Positions 11,502 through 21,800 of a stretch of DNA of 64,000 nucleotides are shown piece after piece. Below the pieces are notes generated by a model, which was not told where the DNA came from, ran no database searches, and saw nothing but the letters and a program-made list of their open reading frames with translations. The stretch spans positions 320,001 to 384,000 of the forward strand of contig JBBIRS010000001.1 in assembly GCA_037441675.1 (NCBI GenBank), in the 5' to 3' direction. The DNA is from Planctomycetales bacterium. GTDB lineage: Bacteria > 4484-113. Position numbers and translations under genes: made by a program. Numbering within the stretch: the stretch's first letter is position 1; each line of letters opens with the position of its first letter.

Positions 11502-12443
11502 CTAATGAGCTTCCTCATGGGGAAGCATCAAGAGAATATACACCGCTGTGAGCATGGAGAAAATAAGCGCCTGAATTGTTGAAAAAAGAATTGCCAAGAA
11601 TAAGAAGGGAAAGTGCCACGGAAACTTCACAAAACCGGGGATAAGAAACATTAGCCCCGCTAATACGCCAAGCAATGTGTCTTCCCCCAAAATGTTGCCA
11701 AAAAGCCGTAAGGACAGGGATACAGGCTTAATCAACTCCTCAACAATGTGCAAAACAATATTCAGTGTTACTAAAAATGGAATAAGAATGATGCCGAGAC
11801 ATCCAAGTTCTTTAGCGCTTGGCAACTCGCCAACGAAGTGCTTCAAGTAGCCGATAATGCCGTTTCTCACAATCCCAGTCCACTGAACGTACACGAAAAC
11901 GGATAGAGCCATCGCTAAGTTTATTCCCCAGACGCTTGTAGGGCTCTTCATCAACGGTATTAGCCCAAAGAGGTTGAGACTAAGGATATAAATGAACAAC
12001 GTTCCCACGAGTGGAATGTATCTCTTAGTTTCCCTGCCGAGAACTTGCGTGAAAAAGCCAGTTAAGCTATCCACAACCCATTCCATAAAGATGTAAAGCT
12101 TACTCTTTGGTCTTAAGGCGCGTTGGCGACTGGTTACGATGGCTATAGTGCTTAGAATTCCTACCATCAAAAAGGCGAAGGTTAAATTCTCAATGTTGAC
12201 CCATTCAATATGAAGTGGTCTTGGCAGATTTGTGTTGATCTTCGCAAGATATGCGTCAATAGGTTCCCGATAAAGGCCGTGAATGATTGACATAAAGTTA
12301 GGAAGTTCATTATGCGCCTCCTCGTGGGCACCTTCATGTGCGGGCTCTTTCGCAAGTGCTACAGCTATGTTGGACAAGGCAAGTGCGAGGGCAAAACTCG
12401 CAATGTAAACTTTCCTAAAACCAGCTCTAAGAAGCGTTGCCAT
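11502..12443 (-). CDS. atpB: F-type ATP synthase subunit a, with N-terminal extension
   Basis: 'KPVSLSLRLFGNI', 'IQALIFSMLTAVY'. Probable start at the ATG at 12443, overlapping the atpI end. Confidence 0.95.
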   Translation of the reverse strand: MATLLRAGFRKVYIASFALALALSNIAVALAKEPAHEGAHEEAHNELPNFMSIIHGLYREPIDAYLAKINTNLPRPLHIEWVNIENLTFAFLMVGILSTIAIVTSRQRALRPKSKLYIFMEWVVDSLTGFFTQVLGRETKRYIPLVGTLFIYILSLNLFGLIPLMKSPTSVWGINLAMALSVFVYVQWTGIVRNGIIGYLKHFVGELPSAKELGCLGIILIPFLVTLNIVLHIVEELIKPVSLSLRLFGNILGEDTLLGVLAGLMFLIPGFVKFPWHFPFLFLAILFSTIQALIFSMLTAVYILLMLPHEEAH

Positions 12444-12837
12444 CTCGTTTGCTAGGGGAAATTGATAGACCAATAGTCTTAAACAAGATTACCATCCAGA
12501 GGGTGGAAATTCCAGCCACCAGCCCTAGATGGTTGAACCAGCCAACCCAGAATAGTAAAACAAGGACTGAGTAAAGCAATAACATTTTAGCAAAAACTAG
12601 GAGTATGACAAGAACTTTGCTCTTTAATCTCCTGCCCGTTAGATAGGAAAGTAGCAAGCTGAGAATCAGGAAGTTTATGCACATCCATGCGCTTCCAACT
12701 ATGTATCCAAGCGCAACGGAAGTGCCAAACATTGCCCATATCGGAAGTGTGATAATTAACGAAAAAGAGATAGTCGTGATAAGAATTCTTCGTGTAGAGA
12801 GTCGTTCCTCGCCAAATGTGTTCACGTTGTTTTGCAT
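12427..12837 (-). CDS. atpI: ATP synthase subunit I-like membrane protein
   Basis: Small four-TM hydrophobic protein directly upstream of atpB. Confidence 0.75.
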   Translation of the reverse strand: MQNNVNTFGEERLSTRRILITTISFSLIITLPIWAMFGTSVALGYIVGSAWMCINFLILSLLLSYLTGRRLKSKVLVILLVFAKMLLLYSVLVLLFWVGWFNHLGLVAGISTLWMVILFKTIGLSISPSKRDGNAS

Positions 12838-12960
12838 TAACACTCTTTTTCTCACAAAGGACTTTTCTCTAAATCTGCCTACATGACCATTATATATTCA
12901 TTGAAATTAGTCAGTACTGAGGATTATTCTTTCTTCAGGATTGCTAATTGAGACTTCAAA

Positions 12961-13245
12961 CTAAGACAAGAGCTTTCTCATTAGATCAATTGTCAGCTTT
13001 ATTGAAGCAATTAAACCCAAGACTACAAATATCACTGTGAAGATATAGTTATCGGTTTTCTTTTGAATGAGATAGCCTAACGCGAAACCAAAAAGCGGTC
13101 CAGCAAGGAGCGTAAAAGGGATAGTGGTCGCCACCGCGAAGCTTCTCAGTGGGCTTATATCCACCTTAGAGCCTGCCTTGCCGGTGGGGGTTTTTCCAAG
13201 CTTCCTCCTCTGCTCAAATATATCTTCTGATTCTCTTTTCTCCAC
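12961..13245 (-). CDS. atpZ: AtpZ/AtpI-family (ATPase gene 1) small membrane protein
   Basis: Two TM helices with 'GFALGYLIQKK...VVLGLIAS'; first gene of the atp cluster. Confidence 0.7.
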   Translation of the reverse strand: MEKRESEDIFEQRRKLGKTPTGKAGSKVDISPLRSFAVATTIPFTLLAGPLFGFALGYLIQKKTDNYIFTVIFVVLGLIASIKLTIDLMRKLLS

Positions 13246-13286
13246 AAAAGAGTTATTCTATACGATGTCTATTTAGTAAAATACTA

Positions 13287-14234
13287 TTGGCAAATAAAGT
13301 GCAGGGACTTACCATACTCTCAGTTTCTCTCGGCAGTAGCAAGCGCGATAAAGAAGCAAAGACCGAGCTTCTTGGAGTTCCAATCACAATCAGGCGGATT
13401 GGCGCTGATGGCAAACTCTACCGTGCGGTTGAGATGATTGAAAGGTTTGCGAAGGAAGTTGACGCCATAGGCTTAGGTGGAATTGACCTCTACCTCTGGG
13501 CGGGAAAGAAAAAGTTCGTCATTCGTGATGCGTTGAAATTGGTTCGTTCCGCTCACGATACTATCGTTGCTGATGGAAGCGCGGTCAAAAACACTCTGGA
13601 GAAGGAACAGATTGAATATCTCATAGAGCATCACCCTGAAATACCAATCGTTGGCTCTCGCATACTAGTTGTCAGCGGAGTTGATAGGGCGGGAATGAGC
13701 ATCGCTTTGTCTCAATACGCCAAGGAAATTATCTTTGGCGACCTTATGTTTGGATTGGGAATCCCACTTCAACTTAAAAGTTACAAGGCGGTAACTCGGC
13801 TAGCTTACATTCTCTTGCCGATTCTCACAAAACTCCCATTTCAACTGCTCTATCCCACAGGCGAAAAGCAGGAAGAGGTTAAGCCAAAGTATGCCAAATG
13901 GCTTGCCTGGGCAGACGTAATTGCTGGAGATTTTCACTTCATTAGAAGAAACCTTTCCAAGGCTATGGCTGGCAAAACGGTAATCACAAACACCACAACG
14001 GAGGAGGACAGAGCCCTCTTGAAGGAGCGTGGCTTAAAGTGGCTTATCACTACTACTCCAGTAATTGATGGAAGAAGCTTTGGCACAAACGTTCTAGAAG
14101 CAGGGATTTGGGCTCTTATGAAGCACTTTGGTGATGAGCTTACAGAAACAAACTTCCGTATCTACCTCAACAAACTTTCAATTAAGCCAACCATTTTTGA
14201 CTTGGAAACCTCAGAAGTAGAAGGCGGGAATTAG
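13287..14234 (+). CDS. Conserved uncharacterised protein (family commonly labelled 'quinate 5-dehydrogenase')
   Basis: 'SVSLGSSKRD', 'DAIGLGGIDL', 'VADGSAVKNTLE', 'IFGDLMFGL', 'TTTPVIDGRSFGTNVLEA'. The function is not established. Confidence 0.75.
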   Translation: MANKVQGLTILSVSLGSSKRDKEAKTELLGVPITIRRIGADGKLYRAVEMIERFAKEVDAIGLGGIDLYLWAGKKKFVIRDALKLVRSAHDTIVADGSAVKNTLEKEQIEYLIEHHPEIPIVGSRILVVSGVDRAGMSIALSQYAKEIIFGDLMFGLGIPLQLKSYKAVTRLAYILLPILTKLPFQLLYPTGEKQEEVKPKYAKWLAWADVIAGDFHFIRRNLSKAMAGKTVITNTTTEEDRALLKERGLKWLITTTPVIDGRSFGTNVLEAGIWALMKHFGDELTETNFRIYLNKLSIKPTIFDLETSEVEGGN

Positions 14235-14282
14235 TAAGCTGAAGTTTTTTTGTCTCAAACAGAATTTTATTTTCCATTTCAA

Positions 14283-15566
14283 CTAAGACAAAGCTTCATT
14301 TACAATCTTAGCGACCGTTTCCTCTATTGGCTTGGATTTACCAATAAGCGCATCATAGGCGGATTGGCCTAACCTCTTTCTTTCAGATTCGCTCTCAAGA
14401 AGCTTGCCTAATGCCCTCTCCAATCCTTCTTCATCGCCCACTTCAATAATAAGCGCATCCTTTCTAAGAGTTTCCACTTCGTTTCTTATTGAATCCACGT
14501 ATGGACCAATGACAATCGGCTTCTTAAGAGATACTGGTTCAATAATGTTGTGTCCACCAACGTTTCTGTCAAAGGTACCTCCAAGGATAACGATATCCGC
14601 AATCTGATAGAAGTTTGGAAGGGCACCCATTTCATCAACGATAAGAACTGACAGCGGACGGAAAACCTCATTAAAGTAGGAGTATCGCTGAGCCTTGAAG
14701 AACATTGACCTAGCGAACGCAAGAACTTCTTTTGCGCGCTCCGGGTGCCTTGGGACGAGAGCAAGCACCGCCCTTTCGTTCTTAACTTTTATCCTATCAA
14801 AGGCGCCAAGTATAACTTCTTCATCCGCTCGGTGAGTTGAGCCAGCGGTTATTACAAGGCTCTTCTTCCAACCTAGTTTCTCCCTCAGCTCAGCTATCAT
14901 TGCAGGCGTCCACGGATCAAGGGTAGATTGATGCTTGATATTGCCAGTCACGAATAACTTCTCCTCAGGGATGTTCAAGGATGAAAAGGCGGATTTTGCC
15001 TTCTCGTGTTGACAAAGAATTTTATCAAAGTTTCTATAACTGAATGCATAAATTTTTTTCATCAGAGCGGATTTCTTTTCCAAAAAAAGTCGTGCGTTCA
15101 CCAGAATTGTTTTTGCCTTGCTTCTCTTCAAGCTGTGAAGTAAGTTTGGCCAAGCTTCCGCTTCTGCTGAAATAAACATCTTAGGCTTAAACGTCTGAAG
15201 AAACCGATTTATCGCAAATGGGATATCTCCAAGTGGAAAGTAGCTGACAAAAACGTTTTCCATCTGCTCATTTTCCCGAAGAACTCTCATTCCATTTTCA
15301 GTGGTAGTTGTTAGCAGAAAGTCAAAGTCTCTTAAGCTCTCTCTTAGATGAGGCAGTATGGCAAGAATTAGCTTAATTTCGCCAACGCTAACCCCATGGA
15401 GCCAAATGAGCCTCCCCTTTCGTGAGTCTTGAAAGGCTTGAAGCATCTGAGAGTTGAACTTTCCCAACCTTTCAGAAAGACCCACTTTCAGCTTAGGATT
15501 TCTCAAGGCGTAAAGGATAATAAAAGGCGCCAAAAGAAAGGTGAGAAATCTGTAGAGTAGCATCAC
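14283..15566 (-). CDS. waaA: 3-deoxy-D-manno-octulosonate (Kdo) transferase
   Basis: 'IWLHGVSVGE', 'TGNIK', 'AGSTH', 'LVPRHPER', 'GGHNIIEP'. Confidence 0.93.
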   Translation of the reverse strand: MMLLYRFLTFLLAPFIILYALRNPKLKVGLSERLGKFNSQMLQAFQDSRKGRLIWLHGVSVGEIKLILAILPHLRESLRDFDFLLTTTTENGMRVLRENEQMENVFVSYFPLGDIPFAINRFLQTFKPKMFISAEAEAWPNLLHSLKRSKAKTILVNARLFLEKKSALMKKIYAFSYRNFDKILCQHEKAKSAFSSLNIPEEKLFVTGNIKHQSTLDPWTPAMIAELREKLGWKKSLVITAGSTHRADEEVILGAFDRIKVKNERAVLALVPRHPERAKEVLAFARSMFFKAQRYSYFNEVFRPLSVLIVDEMGALPNFYQIADIVILGGTFDRNVGGHNIIEPVSLKKPIVIGPYVDSIRNEVETLRKDALIIEVGDEEGLERALGKLLESESERKRLGQSAYDALIGKSKPIEETVAKIVNEALS

Positions 15567-15615
15567 AAAGTGTTATTTTAATGGAAAGAGGAGTGATGAT
15601 GCGCAATTACCTAGC

Positions 15616-17652
15616 TCAATCCGCAGTTGGTATTCCCACCACCATTAAGTAAAACTTGCAAATATCATTCAAAAAGCTTTCCCCGGATAGTAGCTTATGG
15701 CTAAAGAATTTCGTAATTTCCTGATCAGAAACCCTAGCTCTTTCGGTTTTGGCTAGTGGAACGGATGAACGGAGTTTTCCATAGCGGTATCGCATTCGTA
15801 TGATAGTCGGAATGGAAGTGAGAATGAAAGAGTCTGTTTTGAAAACTGCAATTAGCGTTCTTAAAGATATTAGCGCCCTAAAGTGCCAGTACAGGAAATC
15901 AAGCAAAATTAGTGGGATAAGTTTCAAAAGAGTTTTCCCTTCATAGAAGATAAGGATATTAGTCAGGCGATTCTTCAGTTGATGATATCGGGTTAAAGTG
16001 AGAGGCATTTTCTTCACAGTTATACTTCCCAAATGATTGACCTTTGCGCAAGCCACCTTTGCCACCTTCCCCCCGGCAAGCCTAATTCTAAAGCCCAGAT
16101 TCACATCCTCATGGTAAAGAAAATACCTATCGTCAAAAATCTTCCCGCCAATCATTTTAAGCGAATCGGCGCGAATAACCATAGCTCCCCCGCATGGGTA
16201 GAATGAAACATTTCTCTCCCCTAGTGCGGCTTTAATGTTATATCCGAGAAGATTCAGTGTGTCGTTCGTTTCAGGAACATTTTCCTCAACAAGAACTCCG
16301 CAGGCGGAATCCGCATCTTCCTCCTCAAGCCCAGCGATTAGTTTATTCAAGAAATCCTCCATCACAACAGTATCGTTGTTTAAGAGCACAAAGTACTTTC
16401 CCTTGGCGAAGCGTGTCGCAAGGTTTACCCCGCCCGCGAACCCAAGATTTTCCGGTGCGAGAATAACTTTAACCTCTGGAAACGAATCCGCCAGCTTCTC
16501 CGCCTCGCCTAACTTGCTTCCATTGTCCACCAAAATTATTTCTACGTCTTTAGAATTTGCGGATCTTAAGCTCTCTAAGCATTCAAAGGTCTCTTTGTAG
16601 CCGTTATAGTTAATAACAATTACTGATGCAAGCGGTTGCTCCGATGAAAGAATCTTCTCCGCTTCGTGAATTTCAATCTCGTCCATCTTGGTTCTACGTG
16701 TGAAACGCGGGACGAGCTTTTTCTGAAGCTCAAAAGAGCTTAACCTCCTCTTTCTCTGAATCAAGCCCCGCTTCCGAATAGCTTCAGGAATATACTTTAC
16801 GAAATAGTATAAACCTAAGAAAAGATATGGCTGTTTTAACACTTGAAGTAAGTGATACATCTCGTAGAGAATTAACTGCCCAAGGTTTGGAAGGATGTCG
16901 GAAAAGCTTAGGCACTTAGTAAGCGAGAGGTATCTATTTTTCTCCGCAAGGGTTCTAAGCCACAACTCTTTTCTGGCAAGAGAGCCTCCTGCCACGTGAT
17001 ACGCGTAAAGTGTTGGTTCGTATCTGTATTTCAACTTTAGTAAATTAGCGCGGATGTCCAGGTCAACATCTTCAAAGTAAGAGAAGAAAGTTTCGTCAAA
17101 ATATTCATCCTCAATCCTCAGTTCTTCCAGCATGCTTCTTCGGTAAATGATGCATGCGGCGGTTCCGCCAAATATTAGCCCAGGATTTCTCTCAGTCATA
17201 GAAATTCTTTTGCCGTTGTCGCGATGAAAGCAATTGAAATCCTTTCTTAAAAGATGCCCAGTGCTTTCAACGATACCCGGTTCAAGCCACTTACGCACTT
17301 GCGGAACTATGGCGAAAATATCCTCCTCAAGCCTAAAAATTTCTACCGCCCTCTCAACAAAATTTCTTGGAACCATCGCGTCCGCATTGAGAAGAAATAT
17401 GAACTCCCCACTTGAAGAAAGAATCCCTTGATTGTTGGCTTTAGCGAATCCTAAATTTCTTTCGTTGTTAATGAGTTTGTCAATCTTATATTCCCTTAAG
17501 TCTAACTTGCGAAAATCTCTGCTACCATTGTTGATGAGAATTAGTTCAATGGGCTTGAAAGATTGGTTCAAAATAGAGGTTAAGCAATCCTTGAGATATC
17601 GCTCCGTTCTATAGTTCACCACTATAGCGCTGACTAGTCCACGCGTTATCAC
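15616..17652 (-). CDS. Tandem two-domain GT2-family glycosyltransferase
   Basis: Two GT2 repeats: 'IVVNY...NLGFAKANN...LLNAD...FFSYFEDVD' and 'IVINYNG...NLGFAGGVN...LLNND...YFLYHEDVN'. GTG start at 17652 avoids overlap with kdsD. Confidence 0.88.
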   Translation of the reverse strand: MITRGLVSAIVVNYRTERYLKDCLTSILNQSFKPIELILINNGSRDFRKLDLREYKIDKLINNERNLGFAKANNQGILSSSGEFIFLLNADAMVPRNFVERAVEIFRLEEDIFAIVPQVRKWLEPGIVESTGHLLRKDFNCFHRDNGKRISMTERNPGLIFGGTAACIIYRRSMLEELRIEDEYFDETFFSYFEDVDLDIRANLLKLKYRYEPTLYAYHVAGGSLARKELWLRTLAEKNRYLSLTKCLSFSDILPNLGQLILYEMYHLLQVLKQPYLFLGLYYFVKYIPEAIRKRGLIQRKRRLSSFELQKKLVPRFTRRTKMDEIEIHEAEKILSSEQPLASVIVINYNGYKETFECLESLRSANSKDVEIILVDNGSKLGEAEKLADSFPEVKVILAPENLGFAGGVNLATRFAKGKYFVLLNNDTVVMEDFLNKLIAGLEEEDADSACGVLVEENVPETNDTLNLLGYNIKAALGERNVSFYPCGGAMVIRADSLKMIGGKIFDDRYFLYHEDVNLGFRIRLAGGKVAKVACAKVNHLGSITVKKMPLTLTRYHQLKNRLTNILIFYEGKTLLKLIPLILLDFLYWHFRALISLRTLIAVFKTDSFILTSIPTIIRMRYRYGKLRSSVPLAKTERARVSDQEITKFFSHKLLSGESFLNDICKFYLMVVGIPTAD

Positions 17653-17698
17653 TTCAGTGATTATATCAATCAGCAGGTGGCATATAATAGGAGTCACT

Positions 17699-18727
17699 AT
17701 GGAACTTCTAGGTCGTGAAGACGAAATAATCAAAATTTCAAGGGATGTTCTCAAGCATGAAGCTGAAAGCATTAGCAACTTGAAGGACAATATAGGAGAG
17801 GAGTTTTTGCAAGCGCTTGAGATTATACTTTCCTCCAAGGGAAGAGTAATTTTCTCTGGAATTGGCAAGAGTGGGTATATTGCCCAAAAGGCGGCTTCAA
17901 CTCTGACAAGTATTGGAATTCCCAGCGGATACCTTCACCCTGCTGAAGGTTTTCACGGGGACTTGGGAATAGTTACAAAGGGAGACGTTATGGTAGCGGT
18001 TAGTAACTCAGGCGAGACCCGCGAGATTATTGAGCTCCTTCCGCCACTAAAGCGCATTGGCGTTCCCGTTATTGCTATAACTGGAAACAAGAACTCCACC
18101 CTTGCTAGAAGGGCGGATGTTCATCTCTTCATCGGTTACGTGAGAGAGTCTGACCCGGATAACCTAATTCCCACAGCATCCGCATTAACCACGCTTGCTA
18201 TGTTGGACGCTATGACCGTAGCCCTTATGCGGCTGAGAAACTTTAATAAAGAAGATTACGCCTTTATCCATCCAAGCGGTATGCTTGGCAGACGGCTAAC
18301 CCTCAAGGTTGTTGACCTGCTTTCAGGGGATGCTACAAATCCTAGAATACCTATGACCGCCTCCTTCAGGGAGGCTCTTGCCGCAATTACTAGGTATATG
18401 CTTGGTGGAGTGAGTATTGTGGATGAAGAGGAAAAGCTATGCGGGATTATCACCGATGGCGATGTGAGAAGACTTATGGAAAGGTGGCAAGGTACCGTTG
18501 AAGAGTTAATGAATACCGCCGTATCGGAGATTATGACGAAAACTCCCACCGTTATATTTGAGAACGAGCTTGCCTCTAAAGCGCTAGAGCTTATGGAGAA
18601 TCATAAACCTAGACCTATCTTCCTCCTTCCTGTTGTGAATGCGGAGGGAAAGCCAATCGGAATGATTCATCTCCACGACCTTGTCCAGGCAGGGTTCAAA
18701 ACAAGCCTTGATGAGATTGACCACTAG
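17699..18727 (+). CDS. kdsD: Arabinose-5-phosphate isomerase, KpsF/GutQ/KdsD family (SIS plus two CBS domains)
   Basis: 'GIGKSG', 'HPAEGFHGDLG', 'SNSGET', 'HPSGMLG', CBS 'GIITDGD'. ATG at 17699 with AGGAG. Confidence 0.92.
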   Translation: MELLGREDEIIKISRDVLKHEAESISNLKDNIGEEFLQALEIILSSKGRVIFSGIGKSGYIAQKAASTLTSIGIPSGYLHPAEGFHGDLGIVTKGDVMVAVSNSGETREIIELLPPLKRIGVPVIAITGNKNSTLARRADVHLFIGYVRESDPDNLIPTASALTTLAMLDAMTVALMRLRNFNKEDYAFIHPSGMLGRRLTLKVVDLLSGDATNPRIPMTASFREALAAITRYMLGGVSIVDEEEKLCGIITDGDVRRLMERWQGTVEELMNTAVSEIMTKTPTVIFENELASKALELMENHKPRPIFLLPVVNAEGKPIGMIHLHDLVQAGFKTSLDEIDH

Positions 18728-18872
18728 CGGAAGGTGAACCTCCATTTTGAGAATGTAACTAAGCCCCAGCGCCCTCATCTCCACCCTTAATAAGCTGTAA
18801 GATCGCGATATAGTTTCATAGCTTATTCACAAAAAAGTTATTCGCCCAAGATAAAAGCGCTGATTATCGCCC

Positions 18873-21800
18873 TCAGAAATAAAATTCCTTATAGAGTCTT
18901 GCTTCATTGAGAAATTGGGATGTATAGGCTTGCTTCATTATTTTAATAAAATCATCCACCTCAACCTTTAAGCTTGCGAAATCCTCATCGGTTATCTCAA
19001 CACGCCTAACTTCCGGGATATCTAGGAAGCAAAGGTAAGGCTCTACCTTGAAGCCAGAGAGTAGCTGGGAAACCGCGTAAGTGTAAAATAGCAGTTGATA
19101 AGAGTATATTTTAGTTAGTTCCTCCAGACTAATTTTACTTGTGTCATCTGTTTTATAGTCAACCAGATAAAGCCGATTCTGTTCCATAAATATCAGATCA
19201 GCCTTTCCGCGGAAGAGAGTCTCGCCAAAGGATATCAAGAACGAAGTCTCGGTCTTTCGCCACTCTGAGTGGACAAGCCTTTGAAAAAGTGAAGTTTTGC
19301 TAAAGGCTTCAACTAATTTTTTTGCCGATGGAAGAAGCTCACCGCTTCCCTCATCCTGCAATAGGCTTTGAATTGCGCTTTCATCCTTAAAAAGAACCTC
19401 AATGAATCCTTCTTTGTAGGTTGGCAGTATAAAATCAATACCGTATGCAAGAAGGCTATGCACCAAGCTCCCAAGCTTTCTTCTTGTCTCAAAAGCGCCA
19501 TCATAGGCGTAGAAGTCTTCTAGCTCAATGCTAAATTCTTGGCTTCTTGATACCTTAGCCTGCTCTGGTTTCGGAAGTCCTTCCTTGCTCTCTCTATAAC
19601 TGAGAAATTCTGAAACTGAGTAGATGTACCTTTCATAACGAGAAAGATCGGGAGTGAAACTTGCCTCTTTCAGTAGCTCATTCGCCCTTTGTCTAATTTC
19701 ATCAGTAACTGATGATGAATTAATAGCCACAAGCTCATTCCAGGAAGGTTTAGAAGGTTCCTCAGCATGTTGAGCACGATTCTCTAGTGAAATGGGAAGT
19801 GCTTCTAAGATGCCATTAAAAGATGAAGCTGGCGTTATCTTGTCATTCTCAATTGCGATTAGTTGAGAGAGAAATCCTCCCCACGGAACATCTTCCTTCG
19901 ATTTTCCAAAAGCCTTAATTCCGACTATGGCGAGGTACTCCACTGCTCTTGTCAGTGCAACGTACAAAAGCCTCAGCTCCTCTTCTCGTTCCTGAAGCTC
20001 AATTTTCTTACGAACCGAGTCATACTGGGGTTCAAGGATATGAGCTCTTCCGCGAAGCAAGCTCTTGCCAATGGTTGCGAGGCTATGGTTGATACCAAAC
20101 TCATATTGACCATAACTATTCTGTAAGCAGATGAGCGGGTTCTCTCTCTGAGGCGACTCAAAATTAACGTCCGCAATAACCACTGCGCCAAACGTCAAAC
20201 CCTTCGCAGCGTGAACGGTGAGTAACCGCACAAACCCCTCCTCTGCCATCCACATTTGCCCAACGGGAAAGGCCTGATATTGAAGCTCTTCCAACTCCTT
20301 GGCGAATCTGTATATCCCCGTTAGCCCGTAGCCATCAATAGAAGTTGCAATGTGAAGTAGTTTTTCAAGATTTAGTTCTGGTCGGTAAGTATTAGCATAA
20401 GCGCAAATTTTTTCTCTCAGCCTGGAAGCAGATATTACCGCCTCAAGCACTTCGCAAGGATTCATTCTAGGTATCCGATAATTAAGATCAGTCAGCCAAT
20501 TTATGAATTCAAGCAAAGCCAATCGGTCAGCTTCAGAGGAAACAATCTGAGGCTCTCTCACAAGTAGGTCTATGATTGCGCCCTTTGGTGAAGCACTTTC
20601 TTGTTCCAGGCGGGAAAAAACTTCGTAAAGCGAATTAGTGGAAATTCCGACGATATCGCTTCGTAGAACCTCCGCGCAAAAATCATCTTGCTCAGGGGTT
20701 AGGAGAAATTTCAAAAAGGTAAATATTGCTCTTACCTCGCTCGTTTCTAAGAACCCTCTTCCCATTTCACTCACGAATGGAATAATGCTCTCCGAGAGAG
20801 CTCTCTCAAAGAGGGGCAGGTATTTGCTTCTTCGTAGAATTACCGCAAAATCGCCGTAGGATAGAGGGCGCCTTTTATTGTCCTTAGTGGTGAAAATTCC
20901 GCCTCCCTCAACCTTTTCCTTTATCAGATTCGCCACCTGCTTAGCTTCAAGCTCGACAAGTTCTGATCCGCTTAACCTTTCCTCAGTTTGCGGATGATAA
21001 AAAATCGTGACGCTTTTCTCAGCCTTCTTGGCGAAGGAAGAACCACTCTCAAGGGGATCATACTCAAATCCTAGTGCGTTTTCGTTTTCTCGGCAGATAA
21101 CATCGCGGAAGAAAAGGTTGACAAATTCAAGTATTTCCGGGCGTGAACGATAGTTCTTCGTGAGATGGATTAAGGTTCCGCCACTCTCCTGATATTCTTG
21201 TTTTTTAAGAAGCATACCTCTTGGGTTTGCGTAGCGGAATCCAAAAATAGACTGCTTTGGATCTCCGACCAGATACTGCGCACAAGCGTTTGAGATTAGA
21301 TTCAGGGTCTTTATCTGGAGCGGATTAAAATCTTGGAACTCGTCCACGAAAATTTTCTTGAATCTACTCTTGTAAGCCTTAGAGACGTTTTCATTTTCAG
21401 AAACAAGCCTGAAGAACTTGATACCCAAATCTGCAAAATCCAGGCTGTTAAGCCCCTCCTTTCGTTCTGTGTATCTTTTTTCTAGCTCAGCAAGTAGCGC
21501 AATTACTTCCCCGCTTATCGCGGGATCCTCTGCACTTACAATTGCGCTTAACGCTAAGCAGATTTTCTCCTGCAAAGGTTTAAGTATTTTCCTCAATTGT
21601 TCTGAGCCTTTAAGGTTAAAAGAATCAAGAATTTCTATCAGCCGATAAAATGTTTCCTCATCCGCTCGTAAAGTTTTGATATTCCTCGTAAAATCAATAA
21701 TTTTTGACTGAACATTTCTCAAAACATCTCTTGAAAATTCAGTGGTCATCTCTTCAGGATTTAATTCCATCAATTCTTGGCAGAACTTGCATAAATCATC

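Noticed and set aside
17653..17868. 72-aa N-terminal extension of the GT2 protein
   Set aside because: Antisense to kdsD; a -10 element and GTG at 17652 give a better start.
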